A program made the position numbers and the translations under genes. DNA of 63,233 nucleotides, filler included, from Octopus bimaculoides (lineage: Eukaryota): assembly GCF_001194135.2 (NCBI RefSeq). It is 4 parts of 4 records of this genome, joined end to end, with 100 filler letters (N's around TTAATTAATTAA, not from the genome) between each part and the next. Parts side by side here need not be neighbours in the genome. Positions count along the whole stretch, not along the records: positions 52,869 to 63,233 come from NC_069000.1; 3 more parts are not named here. The stretch is one strand, 5' to 3'. The notes under the pieces were generated by a model that did no database searches, was not told where the DNA came from, and saw only the letters and a list, made by a program, of their open reading frames with translations. This document shows positions 52,869 to 63,233 of the stretch, one piece after another (within the stretch, counting starts at the first letter, position 1; each line of letters opens with the position of its first letter).

Positions 52869-53179
52869 CCCAGGACTTATTCTTTGTAAGCCTAGTACTT
52901 ATTCTATTGGACTCATTTGCCGAAACGCTAGGTTACGGGGACGTAAACACACCAGCATCGGTTGTCAAGCGATGTTGGGGGGACAAACACAGACACACAA
53001 ATACACACACACATATACATATATACGACGGGCTTCTTTCAGTTTCCATCTACCAAATCCACTCACAAGGCTTTGGTCGGCCCGAGGCTATAGTTGAAGA
53101 CACTTGCCCAAGGTGCCACGCAGTGGGACTGAACCCGGAACCATGTGGTTGGTAAGCAAGCTACTTACCACACAGCCAT
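52869..53179 (-). mobile_element. SINE family 1 copy, young and near full length (3' end lost in gap)
   Basis: High identity to the reverse of 2993-3401. Confidence 0.9.
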
Positions 53180-53684
53180 TCTGGTGGATCCCGATGTTTA
53201 AAAACAAGTTTTATGAAAACTTCTTTCAAAATTCTTATTCTGTTTTCCACTCATATTAACTTGTGTAGGTTGATCTTTTTAAAATGTCAGAGAAAGAAAC
53301 CTAAATGTTTTTTGCAATACATAAATCGAATGCAAAAACTTTTTATGGGCCCCTAAAATGATTTTGGATCCCCTATTTACTATTTTGCTATGTGGACTCC
53401 CAAAAATATTATGTGGACCCTTACCAAATAATTTCTAAATTATTCGTCATCATATCTGGAATTCCTTTCCATCCTACATTTTATCCGTAGATATCGATAT
53501 CCGGAACTTCTATTAATGGAGTCACCAAAGGGTCTGCATGAGCCATAGGTGTTGATACTTGTCTGCGTAAAAGGGATTTGGGTATTTAGGTCAGCCATGA
53601 GCCGCGCAACTCATAAGCTTCACCTGTATACGTGATTGAAATCCGAACACTTTTCCGTGAACTAGACGCCGTTATTGCTGGAAC

Positions 53685-53825
53685 TCGTTACAGCTGAGTG
53701 AACAGGAGCGACGTGAAATGAAGTGTTTTGTTCAAGAACACAATGCACCACTGGATTTGGGACTTGAAACCGCAGTCTTACGATTAAGAGTGCAACACTA
53801 TAACCACTAAGTCACGCGCCTTCAC
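53685..53825 (-). mobile_element. CORE-type SINE head fragment (similar fragment at 61430-61567)
   Basis: ...AACCACTAAGTCACGCGCC is the reverse of the head, and GTGTTTTGTTCAAGAACACAATGC is the reverse of the central block. Confidence 0.75.
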
Positions 53826-54680
53826 ATGCGCTTTCGTACGTGCCTGGGTTATAGAATGAAAAAGTAATTCCCATCAAATCCACAGCAGTGAACGATGTCA
53901 CTTTCTGTAGGGACTAAAAACTTATGCTAATCAGTTACAAGTAAAGCAAAACCTAAACCATGAGCTCAAGTACTGCATGTGTTAGGATACAAACTGTCTT
54001 GTTCAGAATTTTTCCGTATCCTAAAGATTTGGAATTTACTTGTCGTGAAAAATTAAACTCCTAAAAACCAAAATGAAACAGTTTTTAATTTTATGTCTCT
54101 AAAGAACAAACAAACACACACACACAGACAGATAAATAAATAAAATGAATGACAAAGAAACACAGTTAATTCATGAACATTTTTCTGTTTTTGATTCCGT
54201 CTGACCCGAAACACTGTGGTTCGAACCATCTCAAGAATTGAGCAATTATAATTATTTCTATCATAACCTTAAAAACCATACGTTCAGGTGTTTTGAAAAA
54301 AGCCAAATAGATCTTAACTGGACTTTATTTTATAGACACTGGAAAGAGGATAAAAAGCACAATTGATCTCTGTTCAATGCGCAACTTAAAAGAACGTAAC
54401 TAAATATCTCGGGGCGCTTTAGTTAATGATCTACTGATTCTGCTAATTAAATTTGTGATAGCAATATACTGAATTGTTTATGCGATTGCAAATTTATTTA
54501 ATCAAACGACCAGGAAGCAAAATGTCAAAGAGTTGTAGTCTTTCAAGAGCGGTATTCTGAGTCTGAACTACAGAAGATTTACTGGATGGAATTAATTCTA
54601 AATACGATTAATAATTGGTGGTTTGTATTGTGTCATAGGGAAAAAAATATCCTTATTTATTTATTTATTTATTTATTATT

Positions 54681-54831
54681 TCGTCCGTCTTAACGTTCTG
54701 AGTTCAAATACCACCGACGCCTACTTTGCCTTTCATCTTTTCGGGGTCGGTAAAATAAGTACACACTGGGGTCGATGTAATCGACTTATCCCCTCCCCAC
54801 AAATTGCCGCCCTTGTGACAAAATTTGAAAC

Positions 54832-54867
<36 letters not shown>

Positions 54868-55074
54868 CATTATTATTATTATTCTTTTTTTTTCTTCTTA
54901 AGGCGGTGAGATGACAAATTCGTTAAGACGCCGGACGAAATGCTTAGCGGTATTTCACCTGTCGCTACGTTCTGAGTTCAAATTCCGCCGTGGTCGACTT
55001 TGCCTTTTATCCTTTCGGAGGTCAATAAATTAAGTACCGGTTATGCACTGGACTAGTCACATCCCCTCAAATTT
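54681..55074 (+). mobile_element. Two tandem SINE family 3 copies separated by an (ATT)n tail
   Basis: 54681-54831 is 5'-truncated and followed by (ATT)n. 54900-55074 has the head AGGCGGTGAG and B box GAGTTCAAATTCC. Confidence 0.85.
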
Positions 55075-55620
55075 GTAGTAGTAGTAGTAGTAGTAGTAGT
55101 AATGATGGTGGTGGTGGTGGTGGTAGTAGTGGCATTAGCTGCTACTGCAGCAGCAGCTGTAGTAGTAGCTGTAGTATTAGCAGTAGTAGTAGTAGTAGCA
55201 GCAGCAGTAGTAGTCATAGCAGTAGTAGTAGTCATAGCAGCAGCAGTAGTAGTAGTAGTAGTAGTAGTAGTAACAGTAGTAGTTGTTGTTGTGGTGGTGG
55301 TGGTGGTGGTGGTCAGTAATGTTACGGACAATTTGTTTTATTTATTTGCAGGAAATTACATAATCACTTAATCTCTTAATCTCTCTTAATCTCTTAATTA
55401 GTGTCTGGTTCAAGCGTTATTTCCTTCCTCTCCCGCCATCGTTGATCAAATATTCAACTTAACCGATTTACAAAATGCTTGAAGGAAAAAAAAAACCCTT
55501 TATTTTACTTCATAAGCAGTGGTGGGCGCGGGAGAATTGGAACTACTACTACTACTACTACTACTACTACCACTACTACTACTACCACCACCACCACCAC
55601 CACCACCACTACTACTACTA
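55073..55620. repeat. (GTA/GCA/GTG)n tract 55073-55315 and oppositely oriented (CTA/CCA)n tract 55543-55620
   Basis: Seen directly. Confidence 0.9.
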
Positions 55621-55704
55621 CTACCACTACTACTACCACTAATGGGTAGAAATAGTAGAGAGTCACCGGACTACATTCCTTGACTTCTGGTATTTAGTTG
55701 CGTC

Positions 55705-55945
55705 AGTGAAGGCACATGACCTATTGTTTAGATGGTTGCACTCACGATCATAAGATCCTGGTTTCGATTCCAGGACGAGGCGACGCAAGACATTTCGTTA
55801 CACGTTGCTCCAGCTGTAAATGAGTAACCCTGCGACGACGGACTGCCGTCCTCTTCAGTGCAGATGTACTGCGTGATCTGGCCCGCTTGTGCGCCAAAGA
55901 AACTGGGGGACCAGCTCTATGGCCCTAGGACTCGAGAATATACTT
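55705..55945 (+). mobile_element. Diverged CORE-type SINE with a third type of tail
   Basis: Head with GGTTTCGATTCC and a shortened central block, then AATGAGTAACCCTGCGACGACGGACTG. Confidence 0.65.
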
Positions 55946-55949
55946 GCTC

Positions 55950-55977
<28 letters not shown>

Positions 55978-55980
<3 letters not shown>

Positions 55981-56134
55981 GGCGCAGGCGTGGCTGTGCA
56001 GTAAGAAGCTTGCTTCGCAACCACATGGTCCCGGGTTCAGTCCCACCTTGGGTAAGTGTCCTCTACTATAGACCCAGGATTTGGTAGACGGAAATGGAAA
56101 AAAGCTCGTCGTATATATATATATATATATATAT
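55978..56134 (+). mobile_element. SINE family 1 head running into a (TA)n gap
   Basis: GTAGGCGCAGGCGTGGCTGTGCAGTAAG...GGGTTCAGTCCC. Confidence 0.85.
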
Positions 56135-56393
56135 NNNNNNNNNNNNNNNNNNNNNNNNNNNNNNNNNNNNNNNNNNNNNNNNNNNNNNNNNNNNNNNNNN
56201 NNNNNNNNNNNNNNNNNNNNNNNNNNNNNNNNNNNNNNNNNNNNNNNNNNNNNNNNNNNNNNNNNNNNNNNNNNNNNNNNNNNNNNNNNNNNNNNNNNNN
56301 NNNNNNNNNNNNNNNNNNNNNNNNNNNNNNNNNNNNNNNNNNNNNNNNNNNNNNNNNNNNNNNNNNNNNNNNNNNNNNNNNNNNNNNNNNNNN

Positions 56394-56439
<46 letters not shown>

Positions 56440-56909
56440 TGCACATAGGTCTGGACATTCGTAAATAGAGAGGCGAATGTAGAAAGCGCAATGACGTGAT
56501 CATATATATTTATAGGACTTCCAACTCCACCGAGTTTAATTAGAAACTTAGAAAGAAAAAAAAAAGGCAATCTGTAGAAGAATATTCAGTTACTTTTCGG
56601 ATAGAGACATCTTCACCATAGTCGCATTCCACTATACGAGGCATTAGCGAAGAGAGTTGGGTACAGAGAAATAATCTGGTTCAATCCTACATCTAACCTA
56701 TATGCATTTGCGTATACAAGAACTTTGTTACTAATGAGGTAACACTTCCCAATTATATATAAATGCCACAAGTTTTTTAATGCAGATGTTATTGTGGCAT
56801 ATTATTATTTCATAGACAACATCACTACCAAAGTCATACGCTACAATAGAAAACATACAGTCAAACTGCTTCGCTCTATACACTTAGTTACCGAAATCAA
56901 ACCATCTCC

Positions 56910-56962
<53 letters not shown>

Positions 56963-57159
56963 ACAGAGACAGGCTACTCGACAGAATAACAGATTGTTAA
57001 GTAGGTTGAAATATAGGTCAAGTGATGAATAGACAACATCAAAAACAGCAAAATAAGTGTTTCGATAGACAGCTGAGAAGTTCGATAATTGATACGCTTG
57101 GTAAACAGACAGACAGACGGACGGACGGACAGTCGGACGGACGGACAGACAGACAGACA

Positions 57160-57928
57160 CGAGGTGGTATCAAAAGTTCCCGGACTAGTTATGTTTAATA
57201 AAAAAAATAACTTATTTACAACTTATTTACCGTAGTTTTAACATCGTCCCCTTCGAAATAGTTACCTTGCGCAGCAATACACCGGTCTCAGCGTTCCTGT
57301 CACTTTTGTATCCGGCCTGCCAAATCTGGCGAATAGAGCGGGCGCAGAAGTGATACCATATTGTTTTTGTGAGAAATTCGCGAGGAGAGCTCGGTGAACA
57401 ATCCAATTCTTCGCGCTCCACAGATTCGGTCGCATTCACCGAATGTCCTCCCTCAAACGCCTCAAAACGTCGCAGTAGAACTCTCGATTGACGGTCTGGC
57501 CCTGGGGGACGAATTCTTGATGTACAAAACTATATTTCCGGAGGTGACGCTCGTGGAAGGGCTTCCAGATCGCTCTTTGTCTTCCATGGACTCTCTTCCG
57601 CTTCTGAAGTGTCTCTGCCGTTCGAAGCATTGCGTACAACCCATTGACTCGTCATCGTAGGCATGTGCAATGTCTCTGTAGTAGACTTTCCAAGTTTAAT
57701 GCAAAATTTCACGTTGGCTCTTTGTTCTCGTCCATGACAAAATAGCAGACTACAGCGTACACGTGATCACGAAAACACAAATTTCACTACGTGAGAAGTA
57801 AACATAGAGATGTCACTCGGCACGCTGCCTCATTAAGGTCAATGCTAGTTCTTACAGAGCCGCAACCGTGCGCTGCCTTCTGTTGGCGCGCTATAGAACT
57901 AATCCAGGAACTTTTTGATCCCATCTCG
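57160..57928 (-). mobile_element. Internally deleted mariner (DD34D-type) element with both TIRs
   Basis: TIRs CGAGGTGGTATCAAAAGTTCCCGGACTAGTT and AACTAATCCAGGAACTTTTTGATCCCATCTCG|TA. Minus-strand fragments read KFCIKLGKSTTETL, TQCFE..RHFRSGRESMEDKERSGSPSTS, VHQEFVPQGQTVNREFYCDVLRRLREDIR and RCIAAQGNYFEGD. Confidence 0.9.
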
Positions 57929-57964
57929 TACACACACACAAACACAAACACACACACACACGAA

Positions 57965-58133
57965 TTGCTTCCACGCATTTTCCGTCTGCCAAATTACAAA
58001 ATTCATTCGGAAGGCTTCGGTCGTCCCGGAACTATAGCAGAAGACTTACTGAAGGTGCTGTTGCAGTGGGACTGAACCCGAAACCATGTGGTTGCAAAGC
58101 GTGCTTCTTAACCACACAGCCACGCCTGCGTCT
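57965..58133 (-). mobile_element. Diverged SINE family 1 head
   Basis: ...GTGGGACTGAACCCGAAACCATGTGG...CACACAGCCACGCCTGCGTCTA. Confidence 0.8.
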
Positions 58134-59260
58134 ATGTTAATAATTTCTGAATATGTCTGAAAACCTCCAGAATTTCGGTCTTGGCTATACAACCTTCTAC
58201 TAACATTAGAGCTTGCTGTCATAATTCCAGGAACTTTTGTGTTGCATTCTCTCAGAATTCAGAATAGATTCGATTCCGTTCACGACTGTATTTATACAAC
58301 ACATACACAACAAAGAACTATGTTAAGGAACATGAAGTCTGTGGCAACAGCGAGAATTGAACTAGTCACGTTTTCGGTCAAGAGTTCAACACCTGATCAT
58401 TTCTTCAACAACTGATGCATACACACACACACACACAACCATACACATACATGCATACATACGATAGCATACAAGCACTTACATGAATACAATATTTGGT
58501 GTTGCTTTTAATAAGCTGCCAATTGAGAATGTTGCCTTTTGTGGATGTTTGCCAAAACTCCTTGTGCACGTTTAATTCTTTTGTATAAGGCACAAGTTAA
58601 TATGGATGATTGCATTGAAGTGGAAATCAGTGTCGAAGGTGAACATGAAGTAGTATATGAAAGACAAAAAAAAAGGAAAGAAAGAGACAAAGTAAGACAC
58701 AGAGAGAGACAGAGAAAAGAAGGGAGAAATACAGAGTCTAACAAACAAACGAATGACAGATAGCGGGAAAGGAAGGGGGGAGGGGAAGGAATAATAAGAG
58801 AGAAAGAAAGGAGAGAAAAAAGAGAAGAATGAAGAGAAGAAAGGAAGAAAGGTAGATAGAGAGAAAAGAAAGGAATGAGAAATGCAAATGAATTTGTCTT
58901 GTTTATTCTGAAACCAATGAAAAATGACCGTATTTTGTCCCCTCTCCCTCCCCTCCTTCCCTCTCTCTCTGTATATGTATGTGTGTGTGTGTGTGTTCAT
59001 CTTTTCTTCTCCCTCTTTCTTTTCTATATAGTTATCGCCTCCTCTTCCGTTACCAATACAGTGCCGCAATTCTGTGTCTTGCAAGTACGTACTCTTCTCT
59101 TCCTACTCCCCAGTGACACTCATGCCATTTTTAATGTTTGTCCCTTCTCTCTCTCGCTCTTTCTCACTCTCCTTTCCTATATATTTCTTTTTCTTGCTCT
59201 CTCTTCCTATTACTCTTTCTTTCTTTCCTTCTTTGCTTGCTTCTTTCTTTCTCTCTTTCT

Positions 59261-59304
<44 letters not shown>

Positions 59305-59567
59305 GTTTTCCATAACTCTTGATAAATGTAGAATTACTGATTGTTATGCACGTCAGCTAGAAATTGATATACCAAACAATTTTGATTAATTTAAGCAGGT
59401 GATGACATTTCCTGGATCCGAGTTCAAACCACAGTTAGGACTAAACGCGTTCGTTTATGCTGCAGTTTGTTACGAATCATGTTTCCATCACTGATACCAC
59501 GACCACATCTCGATCTGGATGGCAAATAAGTTTTACTCTTTTCAAATTGAATTTCTTCTATCTGCAG

Positions 59568-61110
59568 GACTTCCAGACCATTATATGGAGCACAAGCTCT
59601 TCAGTCTTGTTAAAATCCGATGAAATGACCTCAGCAGAAATTCCCTTTGCATGGAAGACAATCAAAGTCACGAGGCTTTCTGGTAGTTTTCGTCTTAACC
59701 ATTCATGGAGATACTCCGGTGCTCAGCAACTTGTTCTCTACCCGAAAAATGACCAACAGGTTTGCTTCACTCAAGCAACTACTGCACAGCAAGTACAAAA
59801 TCCAAATGATGCAATGCTACAAAACCATTGCTGTACACATCGGATTCCGTCTTACTGCATATGGAATAACAAGAAATACAGAGAAAGAAAGAAAGATGAC
59901 CCAGCTGAAAGTCGACCTGACATGAGTTTTCAGAATGACGTTGAAAGAGAGCATATTGTGCACACCATCTCCAATAAATGCTTTCTTCTTAACTTGTCCA
60001 TGAAGTGCCTGGTTGAATTTCTTCTCAAAATCTCAGAATAATCAATGCCGAAGCTTGTACCGTTTATAGAGAAAATGTTTTATATTTGGATTACTGTAGA
60101 ATGGTGTCAAAGGGGATGTAACTTCCAGACGATTCAGTATGTTAAACCGCTCTAAATCTAAGTGTTCTCTACACCTTCTGTTAAAACGCTGTGAACCATC
60201 CATTCGGCTTCAGCTTTGACTCAAATATTGGAATGACCTTGTCGAAGAACTGAAGCATTAAGCTCAATAGATAGACTTCGGATACCCGTATAAACCTATA
60301 ATGCAGCCTCGTCAGTAAACTCAAAGAGATAAATGGCGCTGATCTTAAAATATATGTCCATCTTCAACCTAACTACACTGAAGTTAATAATCTAACAACA
60401 AAAAGTTCGAAAGAGGCATCATATCATGTTAATATATTAATAGTGTATGTCAGTGATAGTGAGCACCAATCCTCCCACAGCCAAGAGAGAAGTCTCTTTT
60501 ACTATTTTAGACAGGGATCGGTGACATGAAACTGGAATTTGCTTCCTTAGTATTAATGGTGTAACTGTATAGACAATGCTGCTCAGGTTTACTGGTTGAC
60601 AAAATCCATCAACATGGCTTGTGCCGTATATTCTTCGAGTTTTGCTGTCATGCGATACTGAAAAGCACATTGTTTTCACATTCCATACAGATTTTGGTAT
60701 ATATGATGGACTCTTTTGCAACATTACCAAGAATTCGGGAACTGGACGAAATCTTAAAAGATGCTAAATGATTTTCTAAGATTAATGCACATTAGCCCAG
60801 GACAGGACATACCAGAAAGATAGAGCTAAAAACGGAGAAGTAGCAGTAGTTTTAGAAGGTAACTTCTTTTAGTTACTTCCCTGGTAGTGTTGTTCTTAAA
60901 AGAAACAAAAGCCGTTGGAATCTGTGCTTGCATGAAACTGTAACCGTTTTAAGCCAGACTCAAAATCTCTAAACTGTCTACAGATATTAAAGTCAATCTT
61001 TATGAAGATCATTTGTTTGGTCATTTTGTCAAAATTTGTTACAATGTGGAGAGAGAAGCTTTTCTGCCGGTAGAAAAGGCGCCATGAACCTAGCTTCCAT
61101 AAGACAGCGT
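59568..61110 (+). mobile_element. Probable decayed Ty3/Gypsy gag-pol remnant
   Basis: Gag-like YPKND...F and YGIT...ER...DLT occur in different frames. RT-like TLPRIRELDEILKDAK*FSKINAH at 60721 resembles LP.I.E.L..L.GAK.FSKLDA. Motif-level similarity only; no LTR was seen. Confidence 0.4.
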
Positions 61111-61564
61111 ATAAGCATATGAAATGATAGCGAAGTGTTCCTCAACCTTCATAAAGTAAGGCACAAGTGGCTGTGAGGTAAAAAAAAAAAAAAAGTTTGT
61201 GTTTACTGCATCAACTGCAAGTTAATGAATTATTTCTTCCTGGTGGACAATACGTATGGTGTCTATTGAATCATAGGTATAACTATTTCCTGGAATATCT
61301 GCAAAAGCTGTCATCAACGGTATTTACGAAAACTCTCTTTGAAATTGCGAGTCAGCACATCAGCTCAGCCTCGGTATCAAACCGTTGTCGTCTGAACTGG
61401 TACACCGTGTACCATGCGTCATTCAAGAGTAGAAGTGATCGCTGAGCAACGTGAGATGAAGTGTCTTGCTCAAGAATACAACGCACCACACGGTCTAGAT
61501 ACTGAAATCACGGTCTTGCGATCGTGAGTGCAACACCCTAACCACTAAGCCATGCGGCACCCTC

Positions 61565-61598
61565 ACATATCACACACACATGTATGTATGTATGTATG

Positions 61599-61648
<50 letters not shown>

Positions 61649-61728
61649 TATACATATTTATACGCATATATATATATATATACATATTTATATATACATA
61701 TATATAAGCACACACACACACATATATC

Positions 61729-61787
<59 letters not shown>

Positions 61788-61850
61788 ATGTATATACTTG
61801 TGTATATATATATTTATGCACATGTATTATACATGTATACAAGAAAGTAC
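61565..61850. repeat. Compound (TA)/(CA)/(TATG) microsatellite (representative of dozens in the window)
   Basis: Seen directly. These tracts account for most ORF-track entries (YIYI, HTHT, CVCV, LLLL, IIII). Confidence 0.95.
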
Positions 61851-63170
61851 ATATGCACTGACATACTCAGACTCTTACACATGCGCAAAGGCATCATCAC
61901 ACTTTCATCTATATTTCTATCTTATCTTTTTTCATTTCTTCCTTTTCTCATCCTTTTTTGTTTCCTTATTTTTCCTCTCTATTTTTCTTCATAGTGTTTT
62001 ATCTTGTTTTTCTTTTTTTTTGTTTTCTTTTTGTTCTCCTCAGTTTCCTCTTTGCGTCCAATCTCACCAATATGCGTTAATAAATGATATGGGAATTGAA
62101 AAAAAACAAACAAAAAGAAAACAGAAAAGAAAAGATACTCAATTATTAATCCTTATTCAGTGACACGTTTTCTTCATTTCATATTCAACAACACGTACAC
62201 ACAAAGAAAACTATGTGCACACACACGTATATTTAGGTATTCATTTAAATATGTTGGTAGGTATGTGTCTAAGGATATATGCATATGTGAGTGTGCTGCA
62301 CGTGTATACATATATATAAGAATACAAAAAATGGGACAAGAACGCAACAGGCGACAAAAAGATATTCAGACAGTTAGATGATACAAAAAGGGACAAGAAA
62401 AAAACAAGGACGGGTCATTCGGAGTTTTCTTTCGTCAGTCGAATTCCAGATTCTCTTTGCAGTTTCGGCTGGTTATACTCAAGACTGCTCCAATCTGGCC
62501 AGCCCCGAGGAAAATCTAAGCTAAGAGCATGAGATTCCTTGGAAGAAAGTAGCGAATGTATACGAAAACAAGGACGGGAAAAAAAAACGGAGAAATGTTA
62601 CACAAATACAAATGCAAACAACAGTCTTTCGACTAGGGACGAAATAAATTAAGCTGGCGTGTGTGGAGGTGAAGCCTTACGGCAGGGACATAAGAGATGA
62701 CGGGCATGGGAAGGAATATAGATGTTGTATTATCATTATCATCCTCATCATCATTATTTTCATTATCGTCCTAATCATCATTATTATCATTATCATCATC
62801 ATCATCATCATCATTATTATCATTATTATTATTATCATTATTATTATTATTATAGCATTTCAAAGTTCACACGTCACGTCTGGCTTTCCTACACTTAGCC
62901 GAGCAGAAATAAATGTCAATCACAAACTGAAGCCTTTCTCCAACCGTGGCATTAGCCTCTCTATTCTTTTGTCTCCAAAGAATGACAAGTGTCTTAAGCG
63001 TTGGTTATTCACTCCTCGCAGTAAATTAAGTTAACGTAATTCATTATTATATGTTGTTTTATTCTAAGAGGTGCATCGTTAAATATAGAGATGAAGGAGA
63101 AAAAAAACCCAGAAAGATGGAAAAGAGAAGGAATAGCAAAGCTAAGAGGAAAAGGAGAGAAGGCAAATAC

Positions 63171-63233
<63 letters not shown>

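Noticed and set aside
62400-62480. Second hammerhead-like string on the minus strand (CTGACGA-AAGAAAACTCC-GAATGACCCGTC) in an unidentified repeat at about 62330-62710
   Set aside because: It has GAAU instead of GAAA, a weak stem II and no stem I complementarity. It could be a divergent Penelope-type end but is not supportable from one copy.

Overview
This is AT-rich, microsatellite-dense animal genomic DNA with about 17 N-gaps. The tRNA-derived SINE families resemble those of coleoid cephalopods, most likely Octopus; this is recognition by eye, not a database result. No protein-coding host gene can be supported. Almost all supplied ORFs are translations of microsatellites or N-gaps. The window is a mosaic of mobile-element remnants: at least four tRNA-headed SINE families, R4/Dong-type RLE LINE 3' ends (two in (TAA)n runs), a head-to-tail Helitron pair retaining the RepHel helicase C-terminus, a hAT MITE with an 8-bp TSD, mariner/Tc1/pogo fossils, and probable decayed piggyBac, CR1 and Gypsy fragments. 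The most interesting signal is a short tRNA(Arg)-like-headed element with an internal (AAT)n run and a minimal type I hammerhead ribozyme (Penelope-type core) near its 3' end. It is present in three copies. One copy stops exactly at the predicted self-cleavage site, and two form an inverted head-to-head dimer. Several odd-looking features (N44-TTAATTAATTAA-N44 linkers, duplications flanking 10-14 bp gaps) are assembly artefacts.
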